DNA of 63,278 nucleotides, the filler included, from Octopus bimaculoides (Eukaryota), in NCBI RefSeq assembly GCF_001194135.2. It is 5 parts of 5 records of this genome, joined end to end, with 100 filler letters (N's around TTAATTAATTAA, not from the genome) between each part and the next. Parts side by side here need not be neighbours in the genome. Positions count along the whole stretch, not along the records: positions 61,642 to 63,278 come from NW_026297530.1; 4 more parts are not named here. One strand, 5' to 3'. The translations under genes were made by a program, and so were the position numbers. The notes under the pieces were generated by a model. That model worked only from the letters and a program-made list of their open reading frames with translations. It did no database searches and had not been told where the DNA came from. Numbering within the stretch: position 1 is the stretch's first letter; every line of letters begins with the position of its first letter. Below, piece by piece: positions 62,445 to 63,278 of this stretch.

Positions 62445-63278
62445 TTATTGGACTTGAACAAGATAAAATGAAACATCTTCTGCAAAATGTTTAACAGATC
62501 CAGTAGAACTTTATACCGTGGTTACGCTGTTTAGAGAGAAAAAAAGTATTCTTCTCTCTTTAATACTTGGGTGAACATTTCAAAATGGCATTTATCATCA
62601 CATATAGCGGCATCTACAGTTCCAAGCAACGATATATTTATACAACACGTACATATATTTCCTATTACATTATCTTTCATTCCCAACATTCTTTTGTAAT
62701 GAACCACTGCAATAATTATTTTTATATTCATGTCTTGGAGACATTTAACTAATGCATTAGATAAAAGTTGTAAAGGAACTTGACCTACCGGAAACAGAAA
62801 CATTTCTGAAAAACTGGAAATCTAACTTACACAATGTTAACGAATGTTTTATTTATGAACATAATAAGCCATCAATATTCCCATATTGTGCAAGGTATAT
62901 TTCTTTAGGTCATGTTATTATCTCTTATTAACGAACTAAACTAGCCATAGTTAATCATTTACATGTTTCTGGTTTAGAAGGAAAAACTCTTCATTACCTC
63001 ATCGGTATGATATTCCAGTTGAAAATTCGACGATACTGGCAAATGTGCATGTATGACCGAGCGCCATTATAACAATCGACACAGTTTGAAAGTATCTCCA
63101 AATCTACATAGGCGAGCCAGCCCATCATCTCCCATCAAGAATTACCATGTGCGTCGCAGGCGGTACCGCAGAAAATCTGTGGTTTACTATCCGGGAGTGA
63201 ATAATTACTACAATTAAAAGGGTAAAGAATTATCAATATATTAATTTATTAATAAATTAATAATTAATAATATTTACC

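Noticed and set aside
59413-63278. Upstream calpain exons with the catalytic His/Asn (HAY, NPW motifs)
   Set aside because: No such motifs found on the minus strand in readable sequence; they are probably in gaps or beyond the window. ORF 62531-62803 shows no recognisable homology.

Overview
AT-rich, microsatellite-dense, gap-rich eukaryotic genomic DNA. The SINE families and repeat landscape suggest an octopus or related coleoid cephalopod; this is inference, not a database result. Two spliced host genes can be rebuilt by hand from splice sites and reading phase. (1) EBAG9/RCAS1 on the + strand has 4 coding exons at 39964-43587 (204 aa). (2) The 3' part of a non-classical calpain lies on the - strand (at least 6 exons, 59412 down to about 51934). 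In it, a Ser/Arg/Glu-rich insert of about 580 aa separates the end of the CysPc protease core from the C2-like (CBSW/domain III) module, and no penta-EF-hand follows. The two genes are convergent. The rest is mostly decayed mobile DNA: an R4/Dong-type RLE retroelement with a second copy nested in its tail, RTE and APE LINE pieces, three Tc1/mariner transposase relics, a TTAA-type MITE, a foldback hairpin element and at least five tRNA-derived or RTE-tailed SINE families, several nested or in inverted pairs. Two private local duplications occur (63 bp and 387 bp). No rRNA, bona fide tRNA or CRISPR array was seen. The first 38 kb contain no gene I can support. The calpain architecture is the best candidate for novelty; I found no convincing multi-gene novel system.
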